A stretch of 58,705 nt of DNA, filler included, from Platydemus manokwari (taxonomy: Eukaryota): NCBI GenBank assembly GCA_037951405.1. It is 6 parts of 6 records of this genome, joined end to end, with 100 filler letters (N's around TTAATTAATTAA, not from the genome) between each part and the next. Parts side by side here need not be neighbours in the genome. Positions count along the whole stretch, not along the records: positions 1 to 11,596 come from JBBMOY010577774.1; 5 more parts are not named here. One strand, written 5' to 3'. The notes below the pieces were generated by a model, which saw only the letters and a program-made list of their open reading frames with translations, was not told the DNA's origin and made no database searches. The position numbers and the translations under genes are program-made. This document shows, one piece after another, positions 1 through 11,696 of the stretch. Position 1 is the first letter of the stretch; each line of letters opens with the position of its first letter.

Positions 1-1432
1 CGTTGATACTTCGTTTCAGTAGAATGGATATATGTTCCACTGGCTTAAAAACATTACATCCATCACAAAATATGGCAATCAATTTTACACAAGTACTGTA
101 TGAAGTTGATAAAGAAGCTTTGTCAGATTAACATTATATAAGAAAAAACCGATTTGGTAACGTACTGTACAATGCGAGAATGCAGTACAAGATATAATCG
201 TAACATTGACTCACATTATTACTATCATCCTTATTCAACCCAACCAGAAATGAATTATAAACAAATGAAATTACATTACACAGGCTTCCTTATTTGAGCG
301 AATTTCAAGTTGTGTGGGTAGATAAAATTTGCAAAATAAATTTTTGTGAAACTCTATTAATAGCAATATATCATTAATATTATGTCACGATAAATAATGA
401 TGTGACAACATATTCCGTAATAGTACATTGTAATGTTTTATTGAGAGATAGCTATTGTTTTTTTTGTTAATTTGAAATATTTGGTTGTAAATTTTCAAAA
501 TATTCAATAGAATTGAATAAGTTTTGTTATATTAAATAGGATTTTCAAAAATTAAATAAAAAATATATTGCTTAGATACTTCTGAACTAAGTGGCAAATG
601 CTATTAAAAAAATTCAAAATAATTTCGCCATAGATTTTGTATTTCTGATTAAATCTTAATATAATTTGATGTCAATCCAATGTTATATTTGTTAACTTTG
701 ATTATCTTTAATCAATTTAGACATTGATTTATAAATTGACAAACAATCATAAACTGAAAAACCATGACAGCAATTGGAGAGAAATGAAAATTTTATGACC
801 AAGAAGCAGTATGATATGAGATTTCGAGTTGAAAGATTGTAAAAACAAAGCATTTTCAGAGTTTATTTTAACTGATTAAGTACTTGAAATCAACAACAAA
901 ATTAACACAACTTGAATTCGACTTATAGCATTGTAAATTTCATAATAATTAATCTAGCAATTATAATTTCACCTGTGAACAAAATGTTTCAAAAATTTTT
1001 GCGGGATTTGATTAGTCAACAAATATGGAAGAAATATATTTAAATTCTTTAGAAATCTAGAATTATTTCACAATACAAGATCATTCTAATTCAAATCTAA
1101 TTTGCAATATTCATTTCTTAAAACGAATGAACTAGAAAGTTCTTCTTAAAGTGCCAAGGACAGTGAAGTATTTAATGGCATAAAAATGACTCATGAAACA
1201 GTAAACCTTAATAATGTTAAAGATTTTAATAATGAATTGAATAATAATTTAATTTAATGTAATGGATGTATGGAATAAACGAATTAAAATAATAATAATT
1301 ATTATTATAATATTCCATTATGATAATGACAGAAGCAAAAAAAATCATTAGGAAAAATAATTTTAATGGATATTTTAATATAATGAAAATAAATATGACA
1401 TTTAATAATAAATCCAATGAGGAAAGAATAAC

Positions 1433-2063
1433 CTGTTCAAAATATAATTTCAGATTTGCAAACGGAGAGCATTGGCCAAAATTATAAACTAAAGGATCAT
1501 TGTTCTGATCCCAACCACTGTTTAAATCAAATTCCGTTTGAATAACGTTTGCAGAAATGGAGTTTGGTAACCCTGTATCGTTATATGTGGTATCAAGGTT
1601 AACAAGGGTAATCGTTCTACAACATCTCACAGAATAATTGCTTAAAGTTCTCGTTAATGTTGACATCGTAAGTGCCTCAACGCCAGGGCCATATATCAAT
1701 ATTCTCGGACCTCGCCCATCAAAATTGGAGGCTTCAGTTCTTTTTAGTTCTAAGTCATTGTGGATATTGATCAATATATTGGCTTTGTAAAATTCGTTGG
1801 AGAATTCTATGATACTCACTTCCTCGATATTGCCTTTGATATATATTTTACACCCAGTAAAAGATACAATTTCATAATGGTGATGAAATGATAATTCAAT
1901 TCTATTGTTAAATGGGATTGCAGAACCAAATATTTCAGCAGTACCTTTAGTAAGGCAAATCAATAAACGACTTTGACTGGTAAATTTAACGATTTGTTCA
2001 GACTTCAAAATGATCTTGTTCCAATTCCAAAAATCACTGCAAAAATCGACTTCTTGATTAGCT
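1433..2063 (-). CDS. CLP1: CLP1-like protein (mRNA 3'-processing / polynucleotide 5'-kinase family), main exon; P-loop degenerate; first and last exons not resolved
   Basis: Translation has the CLP1 N-terminal motifs GTAEIFG and INIHNDLELKR, then GPRILIYGP, LSNYSVR and PLVYNFG..SP..NLKLY, colinear with recalled human CLP1 (GPRVMVVGP...LLNYAVR...PLVYHFGSTTPGTNIKLY). AG acceptor at 2065-2064; GT donor at 1432-1431 after YFEQ. The hydrophobic tail of the track ORF is intron read-through. Confidence 0.8.
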
Positions 2064-4166
2064 CTGGAATAAAAGTCAATTCAATGAAAATAAATTTTAA
2101 ACCTTTATGGAAATTATTTTAATAAAATTTAATACTTAAGATTGAATTTAAATAAAAATATACGTTTTATTCAACTTTTTTTCCTTTAGATATCTATTTG
2201 AACAGAAAGGAATGAAAAAGCACTGTTGTAAGGAAATTTAAAATGCAAGTTAAATCTTTATTATACTTTCTATTAAAAAAAATAATTCTAAAATTACGCA
2301 ACATCATTTACCCATTACTATGAACACAAAATAAAGTAAATGTAAATTCATCTGAGCTTATAAAATATTTTACGATGATCATAATGAAATCAACATTTTT
2401 TAGGTTCTTCAAGTCATAATTTTCAAAAAGCCATGAAAATTTCAATTGAAATTACTGACCATTTCTGAAAGAAATTTTAGACATAAATGGGCGACTTTAA
2501 TCTACAGTTCTGTGCCTAGAACAAATGAAAATATTTTTCAATACTCATTACAAACATTATTTAGACAGGTAATTAATGATCAGGCAAATCATTTATTTAC
2601 AAGACTAACAATTTTTAAATCACTTTAAAATTAATCAAAGATAGTTGCTCTAATAATAGTATTTGCGGTCGTAGAATTATTGTAAAATATTGATTTATGC
2701 CATTCTTAGATGTCCATAAATACTACTTATAACTTTTTTATAATTGTAATTTAGAAATGCAAATAGTGAAGAAGCGACTAATCGTAAATTAACCACGTGT
2801 AAAAAACATTCCAATTACGATAATAATTAAAACGAGTCAGTAATAAAGAAATAATTTACTAACCAAAGTCTACAGAACAAAATCAAGATAATATTGTAAT
2901 AAAAAATTTTTTTTCACTGTAATCTCTAAAAGTCATTTAATATTGATTGATATTGTTTTGAAACAAAATGGAAAGTTAACGATAAACCAAACAATAAACG
3001 GAGAATAACTGTTCAATTCCAAAATAAAACGCAAAAAACGGTTCACTAAATTATGTAAAGATAGTTTAATGAAATGCAAATTTTTATTAATTCCTTTTTT
3101 AGATTGACTGAATAAATATAATTTTAAAAATTGGCTTTGTATTTGTACGAAATAAAATGCACAATTTCAGAATGAAAAATTGTATTTTTCAAGTATATAC
3201 AAGAATCAAAACATTTATTCACTTGAGTCTACTGAATTGCTGAATTTAATAATAGCTAAAGCATTCTTCTATGATTTTATCATTCGATGGCCTAATAAGA
3301 TAAACACAAAACTGACATAATCAAATACAGTTCAGTCTTATTTATTATCATAAATGAAATAAAATATCCTAAGACAATCATTTTGTGTGTAAGTTTATTG
3401 TGATGAAAATTCACAAATAAAATTTCATTTACATATACAAGTCAATATTGGGATGTTTAAGAATTAATAAGTATATTAAAACACGAGAGTGAATGAACAA
3501 GAATAAATTTCCAGTGATATTGAATATCGGTAACTAACTAATTACAAAAGTAAAACAGAAATGCAGGAATGTTGAAAAAAAGAATTTTATGTGATTTTAA
3601 TCTATTCAATATCGCAAATCATTAAGCTATGCATAAAATTAATAAAAAATCACATGCTCTAAAATAGCGTCATTTGAATAACAAAATAATCAAATCATTT
3701 TTATGTAATAATTAAATAACATTTTTCATTTAAATTGAAATTTTCCAAACCGAGAACAACTGGAATCAATTACATTTTTCCTAGTTACTCTTGATAATTA
3801 ATTTTTAATTTTCACACAACACACAATGTTCGTATTTAAGGATTTTCAACCAATAAAGTATTTAGTTACCATGACACCATCAGAACATTTACTAATAAAT
3901 TGATCTAATAACTGTGATCTTAAATAAGTCACTAACTATTCCTACTCTTAAATACGTTGACATTCTTATGCTGATGATATTAAATCATTTGAGTGAAAAA
4001 TGCAAAAATAAGAATATATTTGCATTTATTTTTGTAGTGCAACAGAATTTGAATGAGTCAAAATTATCAATATTTTATAAATCTTTAAAAATTAAAATGA
4101 TAGTGCTCGATTGAAATTTAAAGTGAGTTTGGATTTCAATTGTTAATTTAAAAAAATATCAAAACA

Positions 4167-4235
4167 TTACAAATTATTCAAAAAACTTGAATCTGATGAC
4201 TTTTCTGTGGGTAGATTTTCTGATGGAACAGGTAT
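4167..4235 (-). CDS. Possible terminal exon (IPVPSENLPTEKSSDSSFLNNL*), perhaps of RP2
   Basis: Polypyrimidine tract + CAG acceptor, then a phase-0 open frame to TAA. Phase fits the RP2 donor at 5055, but no homology was recognised. Confidence 0.3.
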   Translation of the reverse strand: MPVPSENLPTEKSSDSSFLNNL

Positions 4236-5055
4236 CTGAAATAAACCAAAATCTCAACAAAATCATCAAGTTTAATTTTATATTTGAAATACATATTAAA
4301 ACTTTAAGAGTGGGAATATTTTAAAATAGAATATTGCAAAAAATAAGGTCGAAATTATTTATAATAAAATAATTTTGAAATATTAATGTGATTTGTGCCC
4401 TTGATTATGAAAGTGGTATAAGTCATATATTTCTTGTTTGGAGATATTAAAGGATTTGCATGTTAAAGAATTAAAAAATATTTGTGTATTATGGAATGAA
4501 ATATTTTGACAATTAATTAGCGCCGGTAAATCAGCATTTAATATGATTGTAAAATTTATTACCATTTTTAAATGGAAATTTGGTTTTGAAAGGTTGAAAT
4601 GACTTATATCATTTTCATAATCAAGGGCTCAATTCTATTTATTTCAACACACAATAATGGATAATTATTTGAGGATGCTTAGATGAGTAATAGTTCAAGG
4701 CCAATTATTCTTCACAATCTATATTTTAAGTATTTTCGTTGGGAATGATTTTCATTTAAGATGATTAAGTTTATCTCTGCACAAATTTTGAAAAGGAAAT
4801 CATTTTTTACTACCAAATGATAAATGATTTACTGCTTAATGTAAAAAATAAAAATGATGTCTGGTCTAAAATATCTTTCAAATTTTATACACAAAACCTG
4901 AGGTCAAATTGAATCCATAAAGTAGCTTACATTGATAATTAAATCCCCGTCAAACCTACTAATCCATATAAACATATCATATATACCGAATAATTAATCA
5001 ACCTGATCATAAATGATTAAAAACAAAGATCAACCAATAAATCATTGAAATTTAC

Positions 5056-8000
5056 CTCGCTCAAGTATTTGACCAATTCATAAGCTAATTTCCTTTCTTC
5101 GCCATTATTATGAAGCAATAAGACTAGAGAAGCCATTTGCGATGATCCACCATCCACTTTAAAACGACGATTACCAAACGTGTATGGAACGACAGACATT
5201 TTTCGAGAATCTGTGATCTCCATTTCCATGAAACGATTCATGATATGATTATCATCTGTAACTGTAAAAGAAGATCTGTTTTGTAAATTTATTTCTTTGT
5301 GTTTCATTATTCAAATATATTTTTTTAAAGTAGAGAATGATTAGAAATATTTTAGATTCCTTTGGTAGTTCTGAAAAACCTCATTAAAAAGTTCGAATCT
5401 CAAAGGTAAAACAAAGAAAACGTTCCAAAGATGGTTAAATGAGCATAAATAAAAATTATTTATTATATCAAATACAAATACTTTTGTGATATATTTTATG
5501 TTAAATATATCTCGAGTGGGCTTTTAAAGTTAATTTTGATCAAAAAAAGTGAGAGTAGTCCAATCTTACCTTGTCTGGTCACTGGCCTATTGTCATTTAT
5601 GTTTATACTGTCTCTGTATAACATCCTAATATCGCTTTTGTATTCTCTATGAATGCATTTTCAAAAAATACTTGATCTACATGACAACTAATTTTAAGTG
5701 AGAATAACTTGGTATTGTTACTATGGATACTATCGGGACAGTCTGTAGTTAATAATTGTTTCTTATAGTCTTTCATAAAATCTACTTTTTAAAATTTTTT
5801 TATTAAATTTATATTTTGATAGATTTTTATTGATTTAAATTCGATTTAAATAAATAACAAATAAAATTTAATTTGATGGTTTATAATAATTATGGCAACA
5901 TTTTATTTTATCAATTATTATAGAAAAGATTCATTATGCCAATATTTCTCTATGAGGCACTAATGTATGATTTTACCTGTATCACCAAGATTACCAGTAA
6001 TATTTGTATTTAACACAGTACTTGGAGAATTAATCAAATCGAACGGTCGAGTTTCTTCAGGAAATATTGAAAAATTGGAACTCTGATCTTCGACAGGAGT
6101 GAAATCATAAATATCCGACCATATGCAATTAAATGGACTCAAATTTGCCGATATGAATTGATCTAATTGTTATGAAAGATAAATATGATAAAATGACCAT
6201 AATAATAATTAATAGTAAATTTTAACATATAATTTGTTGCTCAGATATAAATTGGAACAAGTGATGAATATGGGGATTTTTTAAAGGTTAAATGGAAATT
6301 TAAACTTGAATTTTAACGAAGTATATACTAATTCCATTTGAGTTTTGAGGGATGTATTGATAGTGAATGATAACGAATTTCAGAAATATATGATAATAGA
6401 TTTATTCCAAATATCATGTCACAATATTAGACAAATCAATAAATCCACAGAAGTATTACCGAGATGATTTGGAACCAAATATAATCCAATGATTTAATAT
6501 TCTATCAATCTCGTATTGACATTTTTTCGTAGAGATCATGATAAGGAATTATAATGGAATCATATCAAGTGATCATCATCAAATTATGATGAAGATAAGG
6601 AAATTTACGACGGATTCACATATATACAATAACTAACCTGATAATTGTGGATAATAGAGTTGATAAGGACCAACTTTGAACTTTGAAGTTGACTCAATGA
6701 TAGGTTGGGACGTACAGGATAAGAATACATTTAAATTGCGACAATCACGAGTTCTAAATTGTTGACAAGCAACCATAATGTTGCATTTCACACAGTCACG
6801 AATGAAAACACTAATTAATAAAACATATTATAGCAATAATGATGTACAATACTAATATTTATAAATATTGAACCGTTTTGAAATACCAACTTCGTCACGG
6901 AACCTTATACCAACCATGATCAAGAAAGTATAAATATCGAGACGAAATAAAAAGTCTGAAAATGCATGTGTGCGTTAAGTCTGTCATTTGACAAAATCAC
7001 GATTTTAGAATTTTAATTTAGTTATCCATTTCTATGTATCTAAGGTAAGCACCTGAAAATTCTTTTCGAAGAAAAAGCTTAAAGAATGTTATCGTGTGGA
7101 AAAATTGTTGAAGATGAAGTCTCAAGTTTGATTATTTTGTCTAATTGGAAATGACTTGAACACAAGCGACTCGAGGTCCTCTTGGTTTCCTCTTAAGGAG
7201 CCTCTGTTTCATACCATAATATCACATTAATTTCAATTCCAGTCTTTAGTGATTAACGATCATTTGACAGACAAATTCAGGCTGGAAATGGTATTATTAA
7301 GTGACAAATGTCGGCAGTGACTAATATGTTTCATTAAAAGAATCATTAAAAATATAGTCGTTATTAATTCTTGATAAACGATTTTATATTATCAAATAAT
7401 AATGATTGGAGGAAGAATGACAACTATTTGTCACAGTTGTCGAATGATGGCTGGCAAGACCAAAATTTAAATTGTTATTACTGTTTATATTAAAACAAAA
7501 TATACTCCAAATACCTGGTTTTAACTGGGCCTATTATTATATCACAATTGATGCAATCGTCAACTGTTATTGTTCCAATATTATCGAGAAGATAAATTTT
7601 TGCGTTCTACAAAAGATTACATTTAAAGAGTTTACATTAAAACAAATAATTTCAAGCATATCGAAAAGGGGAGGGGAACAATATTGGCTTCATTTTCATA
7701 AAGTACCTTTAGAGTTATCTTGAAAATGTACTTATATTCAACAAAATTAGGAATAACTCCTCGATTTGATAAACATATTGCTTAGCGTATATATTATCCA
7801 GCCAACTTGAAAATCATAAAAAATAAATTCAATTTTTAAAAGAGTAAACCTACAAAAATATTTCTTTTATCAATGACTCTTAACTGACTATTTTTCAATA
7901 TTTTCTTCTTCACTGTGCTACAAATGAACTGAACCAAATATGCTTAAAGAATTGTATAAATCATTGTATTAAATTCCATGACTCTGTGTAGCATCTATAG

Positions 8001-9262
8001 CACTGATTCAATATATGAAAGTGATTATAACTACATGTCTCCAAATGATAAATAGCTTGACTCTCACTTTCTATTTTCAGTGCTTCTTGATCATTTAAAA
8101 ATATCTACTTGTCTGTCTAAATTACCTTTTTCAACTTCCTTTCTATTAAAATTGGTCAACTTATTATTGCTACACTTCATGAGCTGTTGAATAAAACCGA
8201 ATAGCAGTAACTTGAGTAGCAATATTTCCATTTATTAGTAGTACAAGAATAGTAAGAACTAAAAAATCTTTCTCTTTGCGATAATTATACTAGGAGAACA
8301 AAATAATTTAAGAAAATGGAAGAGTTATTTCGATGGACTTTCAGACTCTGAAAGTATGCTGCTGATATATATTTAAAAATATGATTATAACGAGTTCCAG
8401 TAACCAAGCAGTAAATAATAATAAAATTAAGTAAATATTTCCAATCTTATCCGATGCTATGAATAGAAGAACCACATAATAGTTATATGAATGAGCTACC
8501 TATCGGGATTGGTGATTGTTCATATAGCAAACTCCAATGTCACTCACAAGTTACATTCGATATTAATTTGCATCACTTAATTGATAACATTATAATCATG
8601 TCGGGAAGAATTTTATAAATGATTTAAAATTAATTAATAAATAATTATTTATTTATAAATGATTTGAGTCACAAATATATTAAATTTAAAACACCGAACT
8701 AGCTTTTTAATTTAGGAATCTCAAGCTTGTTCTAAATAATTCATTAATAAAGATAATTCTAACAAGTGAACAATATCATATTATTATGATTATATATTAT
8801 GTTTATATATAATATAAACATAGTATAATTATTATATAAATATTAATCAACAACCATTAATGACCTGAAAAATGCTTTTAAAAGATATGAATTTGCATGT
8901 TTAATCTAATGCGGGATGTTTCAAGTCCAAGAAATGAAATAATTATAAAAATATATTCAGCTGATTAATGTATTTCATTTAAATTTTTAACTTTTTGAAC
9001 TTACTTTACAATTCTGAATAATGAACTGTTCACCATTTATAGTTCCAGGAAGTCGACCTGTACATGAATCAATACAGTTTTCAATGGTAAAGTCTTTAGG
9101 ATCTAATTTTTTTCTTTGATCCCTGGTAGTTTAATAAATTACAAAATTAGATTTTAAATTTAATCATAAAATATAAGCATGCCATGAATATTCTATAGGC
9201 TTCGATTCAGGATTCTGAACATGGAAGTCACCACTGTTGTTGCAGCACAAAATACACCCCAT
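5056..9262 (-). CDS. RP2: Retinitis pigmentosa 2 (XRP2, ARL3 GAP, TBCC domain) homolog; exons 9262-9183, 9122-9005, 7606-7515, 6810-6638, 6162-5977, 5261-5056; 3' end unresolved
   Basis: Spliced translation MGCILCC...[15 protein letters not shown]...[26 protein letters not shown]...[20 protein letters not shown]...[10 protein letters not shown]...QPIIES...[16 protein letters not shown]...[11 protein letters not shown] matches recalled human RP2 along its length. All splice phases are consistent. The MGC acylation motif and the QQFR arginine finger are intact. Confidence 0.93.
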
Positions 9263-9946
9263 TTCAAATTTTACACCTTAGATTTATTTATAGGTTACGC
9301 TAACGAATACAAATATTTAAACACTCGTACACAATTTAAATAAATGACAAATTAGAGAAATATAATAAAATGAAATACAATACTCAAATACCAAGATGTA
9401 TAAAAAATTTTATTGTATTAGTATTTTTAATAAATCTTTCAAACTTGTTGCTTAAACTTAAATTATTATAATTATTATTTTTATCATCTAATAGAAATCA
9501 ATTTGTGAATTTTAAGTGAAAATTACAAATTTATTAATTTACAAAATCCGAAAAATGTGAAATTTATAATATACATTGAAGAATCGAAAATATGCTCCTT
9601 AATTTTGTAAAATTTTGGAACTAAATTTAACATTACTTGTTTTTATTCCAAGGTTATAGAATATTGACTAAATTTAAGTACAGTTTTAAGATTTAATTAC
9701 AAAAATTCTCAGCGTATATATGTTATATGAATTTCAATACCAAATTAAAATTTCAAATTAAGATTTATAAAAGTTTTGAAATAAATTCTTGGGATTAATC
9801 GATGAATTACAATTAAAGAAGGGATCATTGGTAATATTTTAAGATTAACATATGATATTTAAAGACTTAATACTATAAAGTAGTTTTTGTTTTAATATTC
9901 TAAATATTGGATTTTATGAAATACTGATTCTTTATCTTAAATTTTA

Positions 9947-10733
9947 ATGATTTCACCTGCTTCTTCTGTTAAATCCTTTCGCAGTTCAGATTTCAAAAAT
10001 TTGACTGAAGATCAAGTAATTTTAAACGACAAACATTTTTATTTATCTCTAATGGATTTAGATAGTTTCTCAAATACAAGCTATAATTTATAATAAAGAT
10101 ATAACGTCAAATGATGTTTTTATTACTCTTATTAATGGTAATAAACAATTTCTCGTGTTCTCATTAATCTTTGTTATTTAGAAATTATGATTCGAAAAGA
10201 TCCTTTTAAAATACTTAATAAATTGATAAAATTATTTTGGACTTTGGATTTGGAGAATATCGATTCATATATTTATATGTTGATAAATTCTGTAATTATT
10301 GTCTGAATATAAATGAATTGTTTAATATTTTAAGGCATCATCTCTTGATAAAGATGGAAGTCTTAAATTATTAGATTTCGTTAAGGAATTAATTTGTGAA
10401 GAAAAACTATTGCATAACAATATTCTGAAAATCATTCCGAAATTAGTTACGAATATCCGAAGAGATGATTGTTTATTCACTGGATATATTGATATTTCTA
10501 ATATAAGGTTAATTCCGAACTTTCAATCAGTTCAATTTGGATAAAACTATAATTTCCATTTCAGTGATCATTTTGAAAATGTGATTCCTTTGGTGAAAGT
10601 TATTCGAGAAATGAACACGTTAACGAGCATGGAGAAAACAGTATTAATAAAAAAGTTATTAGAAATGATGTCAATGATTGATTTGGAATTATGTCCAGAT
10701 TTTGTTAATGAAATATTAAAACTTTGTGACAAG
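9947..10733 (+). CDS. FANCI: FANCI-like protein, N-terminal solenoid; exons 9947-10015, 10062-10137, 10182-10291, 10335-10507, 10565-10733; continuation not found
   Basis: Five exons joined by 43-57 nt GT-AG introns with matching phases give about 200 aa. It ends VIPLVKVIREMNTLTSMEKTVLIKKLLEMMSMIDLELCPDFVNEILKLCDK, aligning by eye to human FANCI [50 protein letters not shown]. Upstream ILKIIPKLVTNI resembles SLELLPIILTAL. Identity is low. Not in the ORF track. Confidence 0.6.
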
Positions 10734-11596
10734 GTAATTGTTTGAGTTCCTTTTAATAAAATAGATTTCAATGCAGTTTATATGAATGGATTTAGTTATT
10801 GAAATATTATTTCGTGTTCTATGATGATATTTGTTTCTGTGATCAAAAGCATTTTGTACTCATAAATAATGATTGCTGTATAATGTTTATATTTCGGATT
10901 GTTTAGATTTTTAAACAAATGAAGCTTGAATTGTGTTTTTTAACTGATTTTCATCACTGAGATGTTATATGATGATCTGCAATGGGATTTTTACTGGTTT
11001 TTGTCCCAAATATTTTGATGAATTTACCCATATATTATGATTAAGATTTGAGATTATTTTGATTTGGATATAAATTATTTGGTGCTTATTTATTCCCATT
11101 TGATTGGCATGTAATATTAATAACTGGTTAAATATATTGCTCTACATTTGTCTAGATTTGTATTTATTTGTATTCGATTAATAATAATTATTTTAATCAA
11201 TCTTCATAAATATTATCAAATATAAATATGTGATTTATATGACAGATTTATAAATAATATTGATATTTATTGTACTGATTATTATTATTTAATTATTATT
11301 TTACTACTTGTTAATCATAAAGTATTTTTATTGGAATTATTTTGCTTTTAGAATAATTTCCAATATTGTGTTGGGGCTGTCGTGAATTTCTTTAATCAAC
11401 GGCCGGTGAGCTGTTCACAATTGAGGTAATTTATTGATTTTTAATTTATTTTCATTACAATTGTGAAATTAATTAATTAATTATTATTGGTCATTTGTAA
11501 TTTCATTTTAATAGTTAATAATCATTTTCATTATTATTATTTTTACCCATTCTTAATGTTATTATAATGGATCCATTTTCATAATAATAATTTTCA

Positions 11597-11696
11597 NNNN
11601 NNNNNNNNNNNNNNNNNNNNNNNNNNNNNNNNNNNNNNNNTTAATTAATTAANNNNNNNNNNNNNNNNNNNNNNNNNNNNNNNNNNNNNNNNNNNN
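11597..11696. other. Artificial contig spacer (44 N + TTAATTAATTAA + 44 N)
   Basis: Identical 100-nt construct with a six-frame stop linker, repeated five times in the window. Confidence 0.97.

Noticed and set aside
1226-1432. Transmembrane tail on CLP1
   Set aside because: It begins at a GT donor and is AT-rich low complexity, i.e. intron read-through.
11641-11652. Palindromic TTAATTAATTAA recurring about every 9-10 kb, as a biological repeat
   Set aside because: It is always centred in 44+44 N: an assembly linker with stops in all six frames.
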